A stretch of DNA of 64,000 bases from Opitutales bacterium (GTDB taxonomy: Bacteria; Verrucomicrobiota; Verrucomicrobiia; Opitutales; UBA2987): positions 416,001-480,000 of the forward strand of contig CBDDEL010000015.1 in NCBI GenBank assembly GCA_965226885.1, in the 5' to 3' direction. The notes under the pieces were generated by a model, which was given only the letters and a program-made list of their open reading frames with translations, ran no database searches and was not told where the DNA came from. Positions within the stretch are counted from its first letter, which is position 1. Each line of letters starts with the position of its first letter. Of this stretch, positions 21,306 through 31,266 are shown one piece after another. The position numbers were made by a program, and so were the translations under genes.

Positions 21306-23703
21306 CCCGGATATTTCATGAAGGGTAAAGTTTGGCTCGTTATTGCTATTGGAGATGGATTTCTTTGTATTTTGAGCAGATCGTCTTGATTTTTAGGTGT
21401 TTTTCAGGGTGTAGAGACACTGCCCCCTTTCCCCCATTGGTTCGGTAGTGCCGGGGGCAGCACCAATGCACCCTTTAGGTTGGCACCAATCGGCGGGCCG
21501 CATGGTTGAAAAGACTGGCCCAAGGATAACTCTCACTTAGGTGAAAGTGAATCGTTCGGGTGTTGCGCACGATGACCGCTCCGATCTTGATTAATTTGAG
21601 CCGCAGGGTGTGGCATTGGGCCCGCGCCCACTTCGTCCCTTTTAAGGCTAACCGGCGCATGGCTTCCATCAAGGTGTAGGCCAGCGCCGACAAGAGCAAT
21701 CGCCACTGATTGGCCCACCATTGATGGGCGCTGGTGCGCTCGCTGAACAATTGCATCTGTTCCTTGATTCGGTTCTCCATTTCACCGCGGCCACAGTATA
21801 CCTTGTCGTAAAGCTCCTGGGGATCGCCCGGCAGGTTCGTCACCACGAAGCGCGGGTTGGACCCCTGTGCGGTGTGTTCGGCTTTATGGATGACCAACCG
21901 CAGCCATCGCCACGAATCGGCAGCATAGACGAAGTCCTGGAATAACCGTTGTTTTTTACCCCTTAGTTCGAACCATTCTTTGGCCTGCTTTTGCAACTGC
22001 TGGGCGTCTTGCTGCAAGCGTGCATTGCGAGCCATCCCCACGATGTAACTAACTTCGTTGCGGTCGCACCAAGAGAGTATCCGGTCTCGACAAAATCCAC
22101 TGTCGGCGCGCCAAATAATCCGCGTACGGGGCCAGCTTTGGCGCATCCGTTTAACCAGCAATTTGAGGATGGCCCCGGCATGCTTGCTGGCATCGATCTT
22201 GCTCGGCCGCAGGTAGGCCACCAGCAGCTGATCACCGCAAAAAACATATAGCGGCAGAAAACAGTAATGATCATAATAACCGTGGAAAAAACGTCCCTCC
22301 TGGAGCCCGTGCACCGGATTGTCGGTGGCGTCAAAGTCCAGGATGATCTCTTCGGGTTCCTCGGCAAAGGAGCCCATGAACTGTTCGACCAACAGCTCGT
22401 TTACCGCAAAGGCCGCCCGCCGATCCTGCCCGTTTTCAAAACGACACAAAGTCGGCGCGCTGGCCAACGTTTCAATGCGCCCCGTTACCGTTTGCAACAA
22501 TGGATCGTGGCGCAGGGTATCAAAGTCGTTCAAATCCTCATAGCCCGCCACCAGCCCGTAAACGCGCTGCCGCAGCATCCCCAATACCTCATGGCGTACT
22601 TTGCCCTTCTGCCGTTTGTCCACTAACTGTCGGGCCGCTCGTTCGGTCAAGCCCAACTGCCGATCCACTTCCCGGATCAAAAGCAGTCCGGCATCCGAAG
22701 TAACCTCTCCGCCCTTGAAATCAACCCGCACACGGCGGCCTGGCGGCCTTTTACCCTTGTCAACTGGGTAGTGTATAAAAAAAGAATGTTATTTTGTATT
22801 TTTAGCTGTACAAATAGCGTTAGGCAGTTTATTCTTAGTGCATGGTTACTAAAATTATTAATTGTCGGCACTGTGGAAGTGAAAATATCATTAAATTTGG
22901 CAAGACGCCCAACCATAAACAGCGCTACCGCTGCCATGATTGTGGTAAACAAAGCCGCGAAAACCCCACAGTGAAATACACCGAAGAGCAAAAAGAAATG
23001 ATCCTTCGAGTCTATCAGGAACGCAGCAGTCTACGCGGTTTACAGCGCGCCTTCGGGGTGAGTCCCAACACCGTTTTGAGTTGGTTAAAAAAAACGACAA
23101 TCGCTGCGACCGCTCAAAAGCACGATTCTTGCGGCCCGCCGCCATGATGTCATTGAACTGGACGAACTGTGGTCTTCTGTGGGGCGCAAGAGCGATGCCC
23201 AATGGGTTTGGATCGCTCTTTGCCGACGCACCCGTCAAATGCACCCGTCAAATCCTCTCCTATGCCATTGGGCCTCGGGATTGGTATCGTTGCCGGGAAC
23301 TTTACGAGCGTCTGCCACGGGCCTACAAAAGATGTGCCACCTACAGCGACTTTTGGAGCACTTATGATGAAGTCTTTCCTCATAACCGATCCGTGGGAAA
23401 AGAAACCGGTGAAACGGCCCATGTGGAACGATGGAACAATACCCTGCGCCAACGACTGGGTCGTTTCACACGCAAAACCCTCTCCTTTTCCAAGCTTAAG
23501 AGTATGCATGAAACCTGTCTGAGACTTTTCATTCATCAATATAATCAAGAATTAGCCACCATTCCTACTTAATACACTACCGTCAACTGTAGCTTTAATT
23601 GTTTACCTTTTGTCATCGCTGATATTGCTTTAATTATTGATCTATCCTGCTGTATATCAGCAGTTAAGCATATCAACGATACTTTTTTTACGAAATATCC
23701 GGG
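21306..23703 (-). mobile_element. IS1380-family element, copy 1 (inactivated by nested IS1 and an 8-bp duplication)
   Basis: IR CCCGGATATTTC, TSD TTAG, transposase motifs LDFDATD, RADSGF, RGEMENRIKE. Confidence 0.95.
22767..23581 (+). mobile_element. IS1-family element, copy 1 (nested in IS1380; insB frameshifted by a 13-bp duplication)
   Basis: Ends GGTAGTGTAT/ATACACTACC, 8-bp TSD GTCAACTG, InsA CxxC..CxxC finger, InsB ELDELW..SD..ERWN. Confidence 0.95.
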
Positions 23704-24173
23704 TTAGCCGCATGATCGATGGGATACTCAAGATCGGCCAGAACCGTCGGCACACCCATATCGTCGAACTTAGCCCGTTGGGCCGTATTTCGAATCATTG
23801 CCAGCGGTTCATGCTGACCACTCTTTAATTTCCGCACCACACGTGTTGCCGTGTTTCCATTTGCGCCTATGACCAGTACTTTCATAGCTCTCTCTTTCTT
23901 TTTTTCGAATTACATAAATTAAATTGGCTGCCAGCCTGCTTTGCCATCCGCCAGATTTAAGTGAAGGATCTTCTGACTGTCGGGATTATGCCACGCCTGG
24001 ATTTTGAAAGGGATCATGCCGCGACTTTTTGAATTAACTTTTTAAGTTTCACTATTGTCGAAAAATAACAGTTTAACCGAGATTTCCCATACAAACTTTC
24101 ATAATCGTTGAATAAACCGGTTACCTGTGCTATATATTCCATCATCTTAACCCCTGAACTACACCCAGCAACC

Positions 24174-24521
24174 ATGATCAGTATTTACAAACCGGGTGCC
24201 GGCAGCGAACCGTCGCGGTTGTTTTCCCCCGGCGACATTGTTAAGCACAAACGCTACCATTACCGTGGGGTCGTTGTCGAATTCAATCTGGTCTGCCAGG
24301 CGGGTGAGAGCTGGTACCAGTCCAACCAGACGCAGCCCGATCGCGACCAGCCCTGGTACCGTGTGCTTGTGGACGGCAATTCCGCGACGACTTACGCGGC
24401 CCAGAGCAGTCTCGAACCCGACGATTTCGATGCCCCCGTCGACCACCCCCTTGTCGAGGCCTTTTTTGCAGGTTTCATGGACGGCGTCTACGTCCGCAAT
24501 GACACCCCGTGCCCGACGTAA
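24174..24521 (+). CDS. hspQ: Heat shock protein HspQ / YccV-like domain protein
   Basis: F..GDIVKHKRYHYRGVVV...QPWYRVLVD...YAAQ..L...HP pattern. Confidence 0.8.
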   Translation: MISIYKPGAGSEPSRLFSPGDIVKHKRYHYRGVVVEFNLVCQAGESWYQSNQTQPDRDQPWYRVLVDGNSATTYAAQSSLEPDDFDAPVDHPLVEAFFAGFMDGVYVRNDTPCPT

Positions 24522-24671
24522 CAGTCTGGATAGGAACACGGAAACTGGGTATTATTTCATTGCAGGTAATCGTCAGAGCCTCGAGGGGAAGCAAAGGCCT
24601 TTGGTTGGGCTAGCCTTTCGGGTATGTCTAAATTTGCATCCGCCACGCACGGCGTCGCCGAAATCTACGTA

Positions 24672-24971
24672 TCAACGAGCGTCCGGATTAACGCAACTCG
24701 GCCCCAGGAGGGGCTTCTTGGTTTCGTTGATCATCGGATAATTCTCTGCTTCCTCATTTTTCTCGATCCACTCCTCGTATTCATCCGGAACCTCGGAATC
24801 CTGGAAGATGGCGTCCACCGGGCATTCAGGCACACAGAGATCGCAATCGATGCAGGTATCCGGATTGATGTAGAGACGGTCGGGCGCTTCATGAAACGCC
24901 TCAACAGGACAAACTTCAGCACAATCAGTGTACTTGCAATCGACGCATAGTCCCGTAACAACGTAAGTCAC
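24672..24971 (-). CDS. 7Fe/8Fe dicluster ferredoxin
   Basis: GTG start gives MTYVVT; motifs C.DCKYTDC..VCP and CIDC.LC.PECP. Confidence 0.9.
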   Translation of the reverse strand: MTYVVTGLCVDCKYTDCAEVCPVEAFHEAPDRLYINPDTCIDCDLCVPECPVDAIFQDSEVPDEYEEWIEKNEEAENYPMINETKKPLLGPSCVNPDAR

Positions 24972-24994
24972 AGGTGGTTGGTGGTCCTTAGTTA

Positions 24995-26815
24995 GAGGCT
25001 GTCTCAAAAGGGTGATTTTTGCGAGGGCTTTTGATAGGCGCTCATTTTAGAGGTATTTGCATTTGGGAGAGTATCAACTTTGCTCTCCTATGACGTTAGG
25101 ATACTGGTTTTGGGGTCCGGTTGCCTGGTTTTCTTTGTATGAGCCGACAGTAAGGCTGTGAAAAAGTATTGTCCTTGCTTTTCCGCTCTCTAGGCCGCCG
25201 CTTTGGTTTTTAGTTCGTCTTGCTGGGCCAGCATCTTGGCTACTTTCCATAGGTTGTGCGAGAGTACCGACCAGGCTACGCTGATCGAGCGGTTGGCAAA
25301 GCCTTTGCTGCGCAACCGCCCGGCCTGCCAGCGATTCTTCAATACCCCGATCCGCCCTTCGGTGCTGGCCCGGCGCTTTTGCAATTGTCTGAACAGTGGT
25401 TCCTCCATCCGTTTTTTCAACTGCTTCGGATCGCGTGGACAGAGCGCGTCATAGATTCCCTCCTGGGCTAACTGCCGGCGGGCCCGCTGGGAGGCAAATC
25501 CCCGGTCCGCGCACATGGCCGCTATGGGTTCTTCCAGGTTGAAGCGGTTCTGTCTTTGCAAACTCTCTTGCATTTGTTCATTTTCGCTTGGAGTTCGGCT
25601 GCCGTAGAGTTTCCAGTCCAGCAGGTACCCTTCAACGCTTTCTCCCAAAAACAGGGTGTTGCCGAACTCGACCTCTTGGCCCGCTTTACCTCGCACAATC
25701 ACCTGCCCATCGAGTTCGTAAACACTCAAGACTTTCTCTGCGTTTTTCACCTGGCGGCCGCCAATGATCCGCTCGTGCGCCTGTTTGATGACCACCGGGA
25801 TTTGCTCGCTCATGCGCTCCATCCGGGCGAGGATCTGTTGGACCTGTTTTTCGCTGTAATCGCTTTGCTCCCAGCAGGCTTGCAATAATTCCCGGTGACT
25901 GCGGGCATGCTCCCCGATCCGTTTGAGCAGCTTTTTCATCTGCCTCAAGATACCCTTGCGCTGCCGCGCGCTGTCCTTTCGCCGCCGGCTGTGGGTCATC
26001 TGTATGCACAGCCGATTCATCTGCCGAGCCAAGGGCTCCGGTTCGATCGGCATGCGATGGCGCAAACCGGCCTTCTCGCGGATCAGCCGGATCGCTTTGA
26101 GCAACGTGCCGGCTACATCCTTGAGTAATACCCAGTCCGTCGGCCAATGAATGTTAGCCTCCAAACAGGTGCCGTCGATCAGGCAAATGGTGGTGTCAAT
26201 CGGCTTGTCCAATCCCACCTGCCGGGCCAGAAGGGCATCGCCCACCACCTCAGTCAAGGTCCGGTGCAAGGCCCTCAACTGCTCTTCGCTGAAAAACTTC
26301 GAGGCCCGCTCCAGGGTGCTTTTGGAGATGCCCCTGATGCCATCGATCTGCCGGACACGGCAAAAGTCGGCCAACAGATCGCTGCTGCCCAGAGCCCGCG
26401 ACAAATGCCGAAACGAAATCCCTCCGAGCAGACGGCCCAGCGTATCCATGCGCAGTGAGTGCCTTGATGGCAAAACTGGCCCGCTGCCGCCGGGCCTTTA
26501 GACCCATTGGCGGCCACCCCTCCAAGGCCAGCTCAATGGCCTGCGATTCCACCTCCGAGTCGATCAGCAGCCGATCGATTCGATCAATGGTGGCGCGGAA
26601 GTTATCGTAATCGAGGCACCGGTCGACCACAGTTAAAGCTGGACGCAGGAGGCATTGGATGGCTATATTTTTCATAGAAAGGGCTATATTGATTTTCGCT
26701 AACTCAATTATAGAACCCTTTTTTGGCCGGATCGAGCAAAAACTTGCTCTTTCCGGCTCTTTTTATCAACGTCATCCAGTTGACTATAAAATCTTTATAT
26801 TTTTGGGACAGCCTC
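24995..26815 (-). mobile_element. IS5/ISNCY-like IS, copy 2 (transposase frameshifted by a 4-bp duplication at 26454-26461)
   Basis: Same IRs as copy 1; flanking repeat TAGTTA. Confidence 0.93.
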
Positions 26816-26884
26816 TAGTTACATTTAAATCAGAAAAACCGGATCGCCTGGGACTGCATCCGGGTTATTTCCATAATTCTAACT

Positions 26885-27193
26885 CTAAACTTCGATTTCA
26901 ACGTCTTCGTTCGTCACGCGAACGTTGTAACTGGAAACATGAGCTGCCGCCGGTAGGCAAAGCACCTTGCCTGTTTTTATATTAAAGGTTGCTCCATGCC
27001 AGGGGCATTCGACTTCATCATTTTCAATCAGGCCCTCCGAGAGTGGACCGCCCGCATGGGTACAATTGTTATCGATCGCGTAAAATTCTCCTTCGAGGTT
27101 AAAGAGGGCGAGTTCCTTTCCTTCGACTTCGATCATTATAGCTGATTTGTCAGCTACGTCTGATTTTCTAGCAATTTTAATAAATCTCGACAT
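26885..27193 (-). CDS. Rieske [2Fe-2S] ferredoxin
   Basis: CTHAGGPL..G and CPWHGATF motifs. Confidence 0.9.
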   Translation of the reverse strand: MSRFIKIARKSDVADKSAIMIEVEGKELALFNLEGEFYAIDNNCTHAGGPLSEGLIENDEVECPWHGATFNIKTGKVLCLPAAAHVSSYNVRVTNEDVEIEV

Positions 27194-27361
27194 TGCCACT
27201 TGGATCTTGAATCTCGCCAACCATAGAAATTTGCTGGGCTTGCGCTGACTTAATTATTCAGTGGACCATCGCTTGTCAAATCGAACAGTAACTTTTTCTT
27301 TTTCCCGGTCGAAAACAGGAATCCCTGGCCCTGGATTTTCTAGTAGGAATATTCTCCCAGC

Positions 27362-28163
27362 GGTAGTGTATAAAAAAAGAATGTTATTTTGTATTTTTAG
27401 CTGTACAAATAGCGTTAGGCAGTTTATTTTTAGTGCATGGTTACTAAAATTATTAATTGTCGGCACTGTGGAAGTGAAAATATCATTAAATTTGGCAAGA
27501 CGCCCAACCATAAACAGCGCTACCGCTGCCATGATTGTGGTAAACAAAGCCGCGAAAACCCCACAGTGAAATACACCGAAGAGCAAAAAGAAATGATCCT
27601 TCGAGTCTATCAGGAACGCAGCAGTCTACGCGGTTTACAGCGCGCCTTCGGGGTGAGTCCCAACACCGTTTTGAGTTGGTTAAAAAAAACGACAATCGCT
27701 GCGACCGCTCAAAAGCACGATTCTTGCGGCCCGCCGCCATGATGTCATTGAACTGGACGAACTGTGGTCTTTTGTGGGGCGCAAGAGCGATGCCCAATGG
27801 GTTTGGATCGCTCTTTGCCGACGCACCCGTCAAATCCTCTCCTATGCCATTGGGCCTCGGGATTGGTATCGTTGCCGGGAACTTTACGAGCGTCTGCCAC
27901 GGGCCTACAAAAGATGTGCCACCTACAGCGACTTTTGGAGCACTTATGATGAAGTCTTTCCTCATAACCGATCCGTGGGAAAAGAAACCGGTGAAACGGC
28001 CCATGTGGAACGATGGAACAATACCCTGCGCCAACGACTGGGTCGTTTCACACGCAAAACCCTCTCCTTTTCCAAGCTTAAGAGTATGCATGAAACCTGT
28101 CTGAGACTTTTCATTCATCAATATAATCAAGAATTAGCCACCATTCCTACTTAATACACTACC
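27362..28163 (+). mobile_element. IS1-family element, copy 2 (802 bp, apparently intact; no TSD)
   Basis: Both IRs present; insA 27437-27742, insB frame 27684-28154. Flanks CTCCCAGC and GACCAGCC differ. Confidence 0.95.
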
Positions 28164-28366
28164 GACCAGCCTGACCTAATTGTTTTCCATCAGGCGGTAA
28201 TAATGCCACATATCATTTTGCTCCTTTACAAAAAGCACTTTTCGATCCTATTGTCGAACAAGTAATTGCGAATATTATTGAAAATTCGGAATTTTCATTT
28301 TCTGTACGTTTCAAATTTACAATTATTTCAATTGCGAATATATACCTGGCAACAAATGAAAGGAAG

Positions 28367-31240
28367 ATGTTTTCTGCATTGAGCATGATTAGAGATATCA
28401 CGAAAAGCTTGAGCCTGACTCTGGCCTTCCTGGGCGCATCCTGCTTTTGCCTTGCGGAAGTTTGGCGGGAAAGCTCCTTCGTCGACTTCGCCGACGGCAC
28501 CTTCGGAGACTCGGGGGCCAATATTTACATTTCCGCCGCGGGCCGCATGCAAACGGTCAATCGCTGGGATGTGAATGGAGACGGGCATATCGATATTCTC
28601 AGTGTAAACAGTCACCCGTTGATCGAGATGCTCGACATGTCGCTCTACTGGGGAAACGGCAAAGATTTCAGCATAAAGAGACACAATTACATTCCCGCCG
28701 ATGGTCCCATGCGCCTGGCGGCGGGTGACCTCAATGGCGACGGCTGGGCGGATCTGGCTGTGGCCAATTTTTCCAACGGCACCTGGACAAGCATGGATTC
28801 GTCCGTCTATTGGGGAAATCCCCGGAAATTAAATAAAGACCCGGACGGGAACCAGTGGTTTGCTTACCCATTTACGGGTAAGACCGATTTGCCGGCCAAA
28901 AACACCCAGGGGGTGGCCATTGCCGATTTTAACCGGGACGGGTTTCCCGACATTGTTTTCGCCTTTTCCTCCGGCTACTGGGAATACCGCGGAGAAGCAG
29001 GCGAGTCGCCATCACGAATATACTGGAACGGGGGCGGTGAATTCGATCCAGCCAATTTTACCGAATTGGGAACCAAAGGCGCCGCCGATGTGGCTGCCGG
29101 AGATATTAATGAGGATGGCTGGCCGGACCTCGTATTTGCCAACGGATCGGGCGATTATTCCTATCTTTATTTAGGCGGCAAAGAAGGGTTTTCCACGGAA
29201 CGGCGAATGGAACTACCGACCCGCAAGGCTCACGCCGCAGCCATTGCAGACGTGAACAACGACGGCCGCCCTGACCTCCTTTTTGCCAACGAGTCCGGCG
29301 GGACATCTTTTGCCTACATAAACGAAAATGGAGAATTCCCCCTGGACAAACGGTTGGAGTTTACCACCCACACGGCCAAGGATGTTCTCGTTACCGACTT
29401 CAACAAGGACGGCTTTAACGATGTATTTTTTTCCAACCATCTGTTCTCTATTACCGGCAAAGCGCGATTAGGAAACCGTTTGATCGAATCGTATCTCTAC
29501 TACGGTTCCGCCGATGGTTTTTTGCAAGAAAATCGCATAGACTTGCAAACCATCGGGGCATGGGAAGCCAGCGCGGCCGACTTGAACGGCGATGGCTGGA
29601 CCGATTTGCTGATTTGCAATTTTAAGGAACACTACTCTTTCGAAGTCCCGTCTTTCATTTATTGGAATGGCCCCGATGGTTTTGAAATCACCAGGCGAAC
29701 CCCGCTTTACGAGCACGGCGCCCAGGGCAATGTCATCCACGATTTCAACAATGATGGAAACCTGGATATTATCATCACCTCAATGATGGGCGCCACACGG
29801 GGCGAGTACGATCCGTCTTATCTTTATTGGGGAAACCCTGACGGTAATTATAATGCCGCCAATCGTATTTCGCTGCCCGGACGGGAAGCTTACGAGCAAG
29901 GGATGGCAGACCTGGATGACGACGGTCAGGTCGATATACTCCTGCTCAACCAGGGAGAAGTGACCCGCTACGAGAACGAAATGTGGATTTACTGGAACGA
30001 AAAAAACCAATTCGATCCCTGGCGCATAACGGGCCTTCCCGCCCATGCCGGGGTGGGCGTCGAAGTGGCCGATCTGGACCGGGACGGATACATCGACGTT
30101 ATTATTTCCAACAACAAAGATTATGAAGATGCGGATTTGAGTGAAGAAGGCGCTTTCCCCGCAACGAAGCCCGGCTCCTACATTTACTGGGGTGGGAAAA
30201 ATGGTTGGGTAATAACCAATCGCACAACTCTCAATATCTCCCGCGCCCGCTCGCCATCCATTGCCGACATCAATCAGGACGGTCATCTCGATCTCGTCTT
30301 CGCGGGTACGGGCGCTTCCATTTTTTATGGAGACGGAACGAGAAATTTCAGCGACCAAAGGCGTCAAAAAATACTCGGCACATTAGGTCAACTTAATCAT
30401 CAAACCGAGGTAGCCGACCTCGACAAGGATGGTTATCTCGACATTGTTTTCGCCGGGCCGAAAGTTCTCATTTATTACGGAGACAATTCCCATTCCTACT
30501 CGGCAGAGAAAAAAATCACACTGGAATTACAGGCCAAAACGATGAACATTGCGGATGTCAATGGAGACGGCTGGCTGGACCTGGTTTGTCCCCTATACAA
30601 ATTAGACGGGCGGCGTTCCCTCGACTCCAACATTCTGCTGGGAAGCTCCCAAGGTTTCTTCCTCGAAAAGCGCATCTCCCTACCCACCGATGGCGGCACG
30701 GGCAGCCTGGTCAGCGATTTTAACGCGGATGGTTATGCCGATATTTTCTTTTTCTGCCATCGCAAAGACGGAAGCGCGGAGGAAATCGGAAATTTTGGCG
30801 ATCATCATACCAATTCGCGGCTTTACTGGGGAAGCGCCAACGGTTTTAAACGGAATTATTTTTTAGCCATTCCCAGTGTCGGCGCACACTACGATGCGGG
30901 GATGGACATCGGCCATATAAAGGATCGGAGTTTCAAGTGGGATTACACATCTTCTCCCTATTTCACCAAGGATAAACAGCTGCTTTCGATCGATTGGGAG
31001 GCGGAAACGCCCGGATCTACCTCGGTTAAATTTCAAGTGCGTATTGCGGAAACTGAATCCGCCCTCAATCAATCGCAATGGCTTGGCCCAAACGGCCCCG
31101 GCTCCTATTTTACAAAAAAGAAAAGCTCAATGGAAAATCTTCAGACAAAAAACTGGATGCAATACCGGGCCATTCTGGATACCGCAAACGGCGCCAATTC
31201 TCCTGTATTACAAACGGTGGAAATTGAGTTTAAACCTTAA
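28367..31240 (+). CDS. Secreted FG-GAP/VCBS-like YWG-repeat protein, paralog 4 (957 aa; start may be 28385)
   Basis: Signal peptide, 14 repeats, and the same N- and C-terminal segments as the other paralogs. Confidence 0.9.
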   Translation: MFSALSMIRDITKSLSLTLAFLGASCFCLAEVWRESSFVDFADGTFGDSGANIYISAAGRMQTVNRWDVNGDGHIDILSVNSHPLIEMLDMSLYWGNGKDFSIKRHNYIPADGPMRLAAGDLNGDGWADLAVANFSNGTWTSMDSSVYWGNPRKLNKDPDGNQWFAYPFTGKTDLPAKNTQGVAIADFNRDGFPDIVFAFSSGYWEYRGEAGESPSRIYWNGGGEFDPANFTELGTKGAADVAAGDINEDGWPDLVFANGSGDYSYLYLGGKEGFSTERRMELPTRKAHAAAIADVNNDGRPDLLFANESGGTSFAYINENGEFPLDKRLEFTTHTAKDVLVTDFNKDGFNDVFFSNHLFSITGKARLGNRLIESYLYYGSADGFLQENRIDLQTIGAWEASAADLNGDGWTDLLICNFKEHYSFEVPSFIYWNGPDGFEITRRTPLYEHGAQGNVIHDFNNDGNLDIIITSMMGATRGEYDPSYLYWGNPDGNYNAANRISLPGREAYEQGMADLDDDGQVDILLLNQGEVTRYENEMWIYWNEKNQFDPWRITGLPAHAGVGVEVADLDRDGYIDVIISNNKDYEDADLSEEGAFPATKPGSYIYWGGKNGWVITNRTTLNISRARSPSIADINQDGHLDLVFAGTGASIFYGDGTRNFSDQRRQKILGTLGQLNHQTEVADLDKDGYLDIVFAGPKVLIYYGDNSHSYSAEKKITLELQAKTMNIADVNGDGWLDLVCPLYKLDGRRSLDSNILLGSSQGFFLEKRISLPTDGGTGSLVSDFNADGYADIFFFCHRKDGSAEEIGNFGDHHTNSRLYWGSANGFKRNYFLAIPSVGAHYDAGMDIGHIKDRSFKWDYTSSPYFTKDKQLLSIDWEAETPGSTSVKFQVRIAETESALNQSQWLGPNGPGSYFTKKKSSMENLQTKNWMQYRAILDTANGANSPVLQTVEIEFKP

Positions 31241-31266
31241 ACTATATATATCAATTACGATTTTAA

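Larger units (their letters stand above)
20854..23885 (-). pseudogene. NAD(P)-binding atypical SDR oxidoreductase, split by IS1380
   Basis: The 5' part (MKVLVIGANG, 23704-23885) rejoins the 3' part (20854-21301) as HAAKGCDAIIFAAGSG once the IS and one TTAG are removed. Confidence 0.88.

Noticed and set aside
24972..25007. N-terminal extension of the ferredoxin in the ORF track (likewise for the M81, TonB and sigma54 ORFs)
   Set aside because: The ferredoxin extension starts inside the IS end; for the others, downstream starts match family N-termini better.
2..31240. Diversity-generating retroelement or shufflon acting on the propeller paralogs
   Set aside because: No reverse transcriptase, recombinase or near-identical template/variable repeat pair; the paralogs are deeply diverged.
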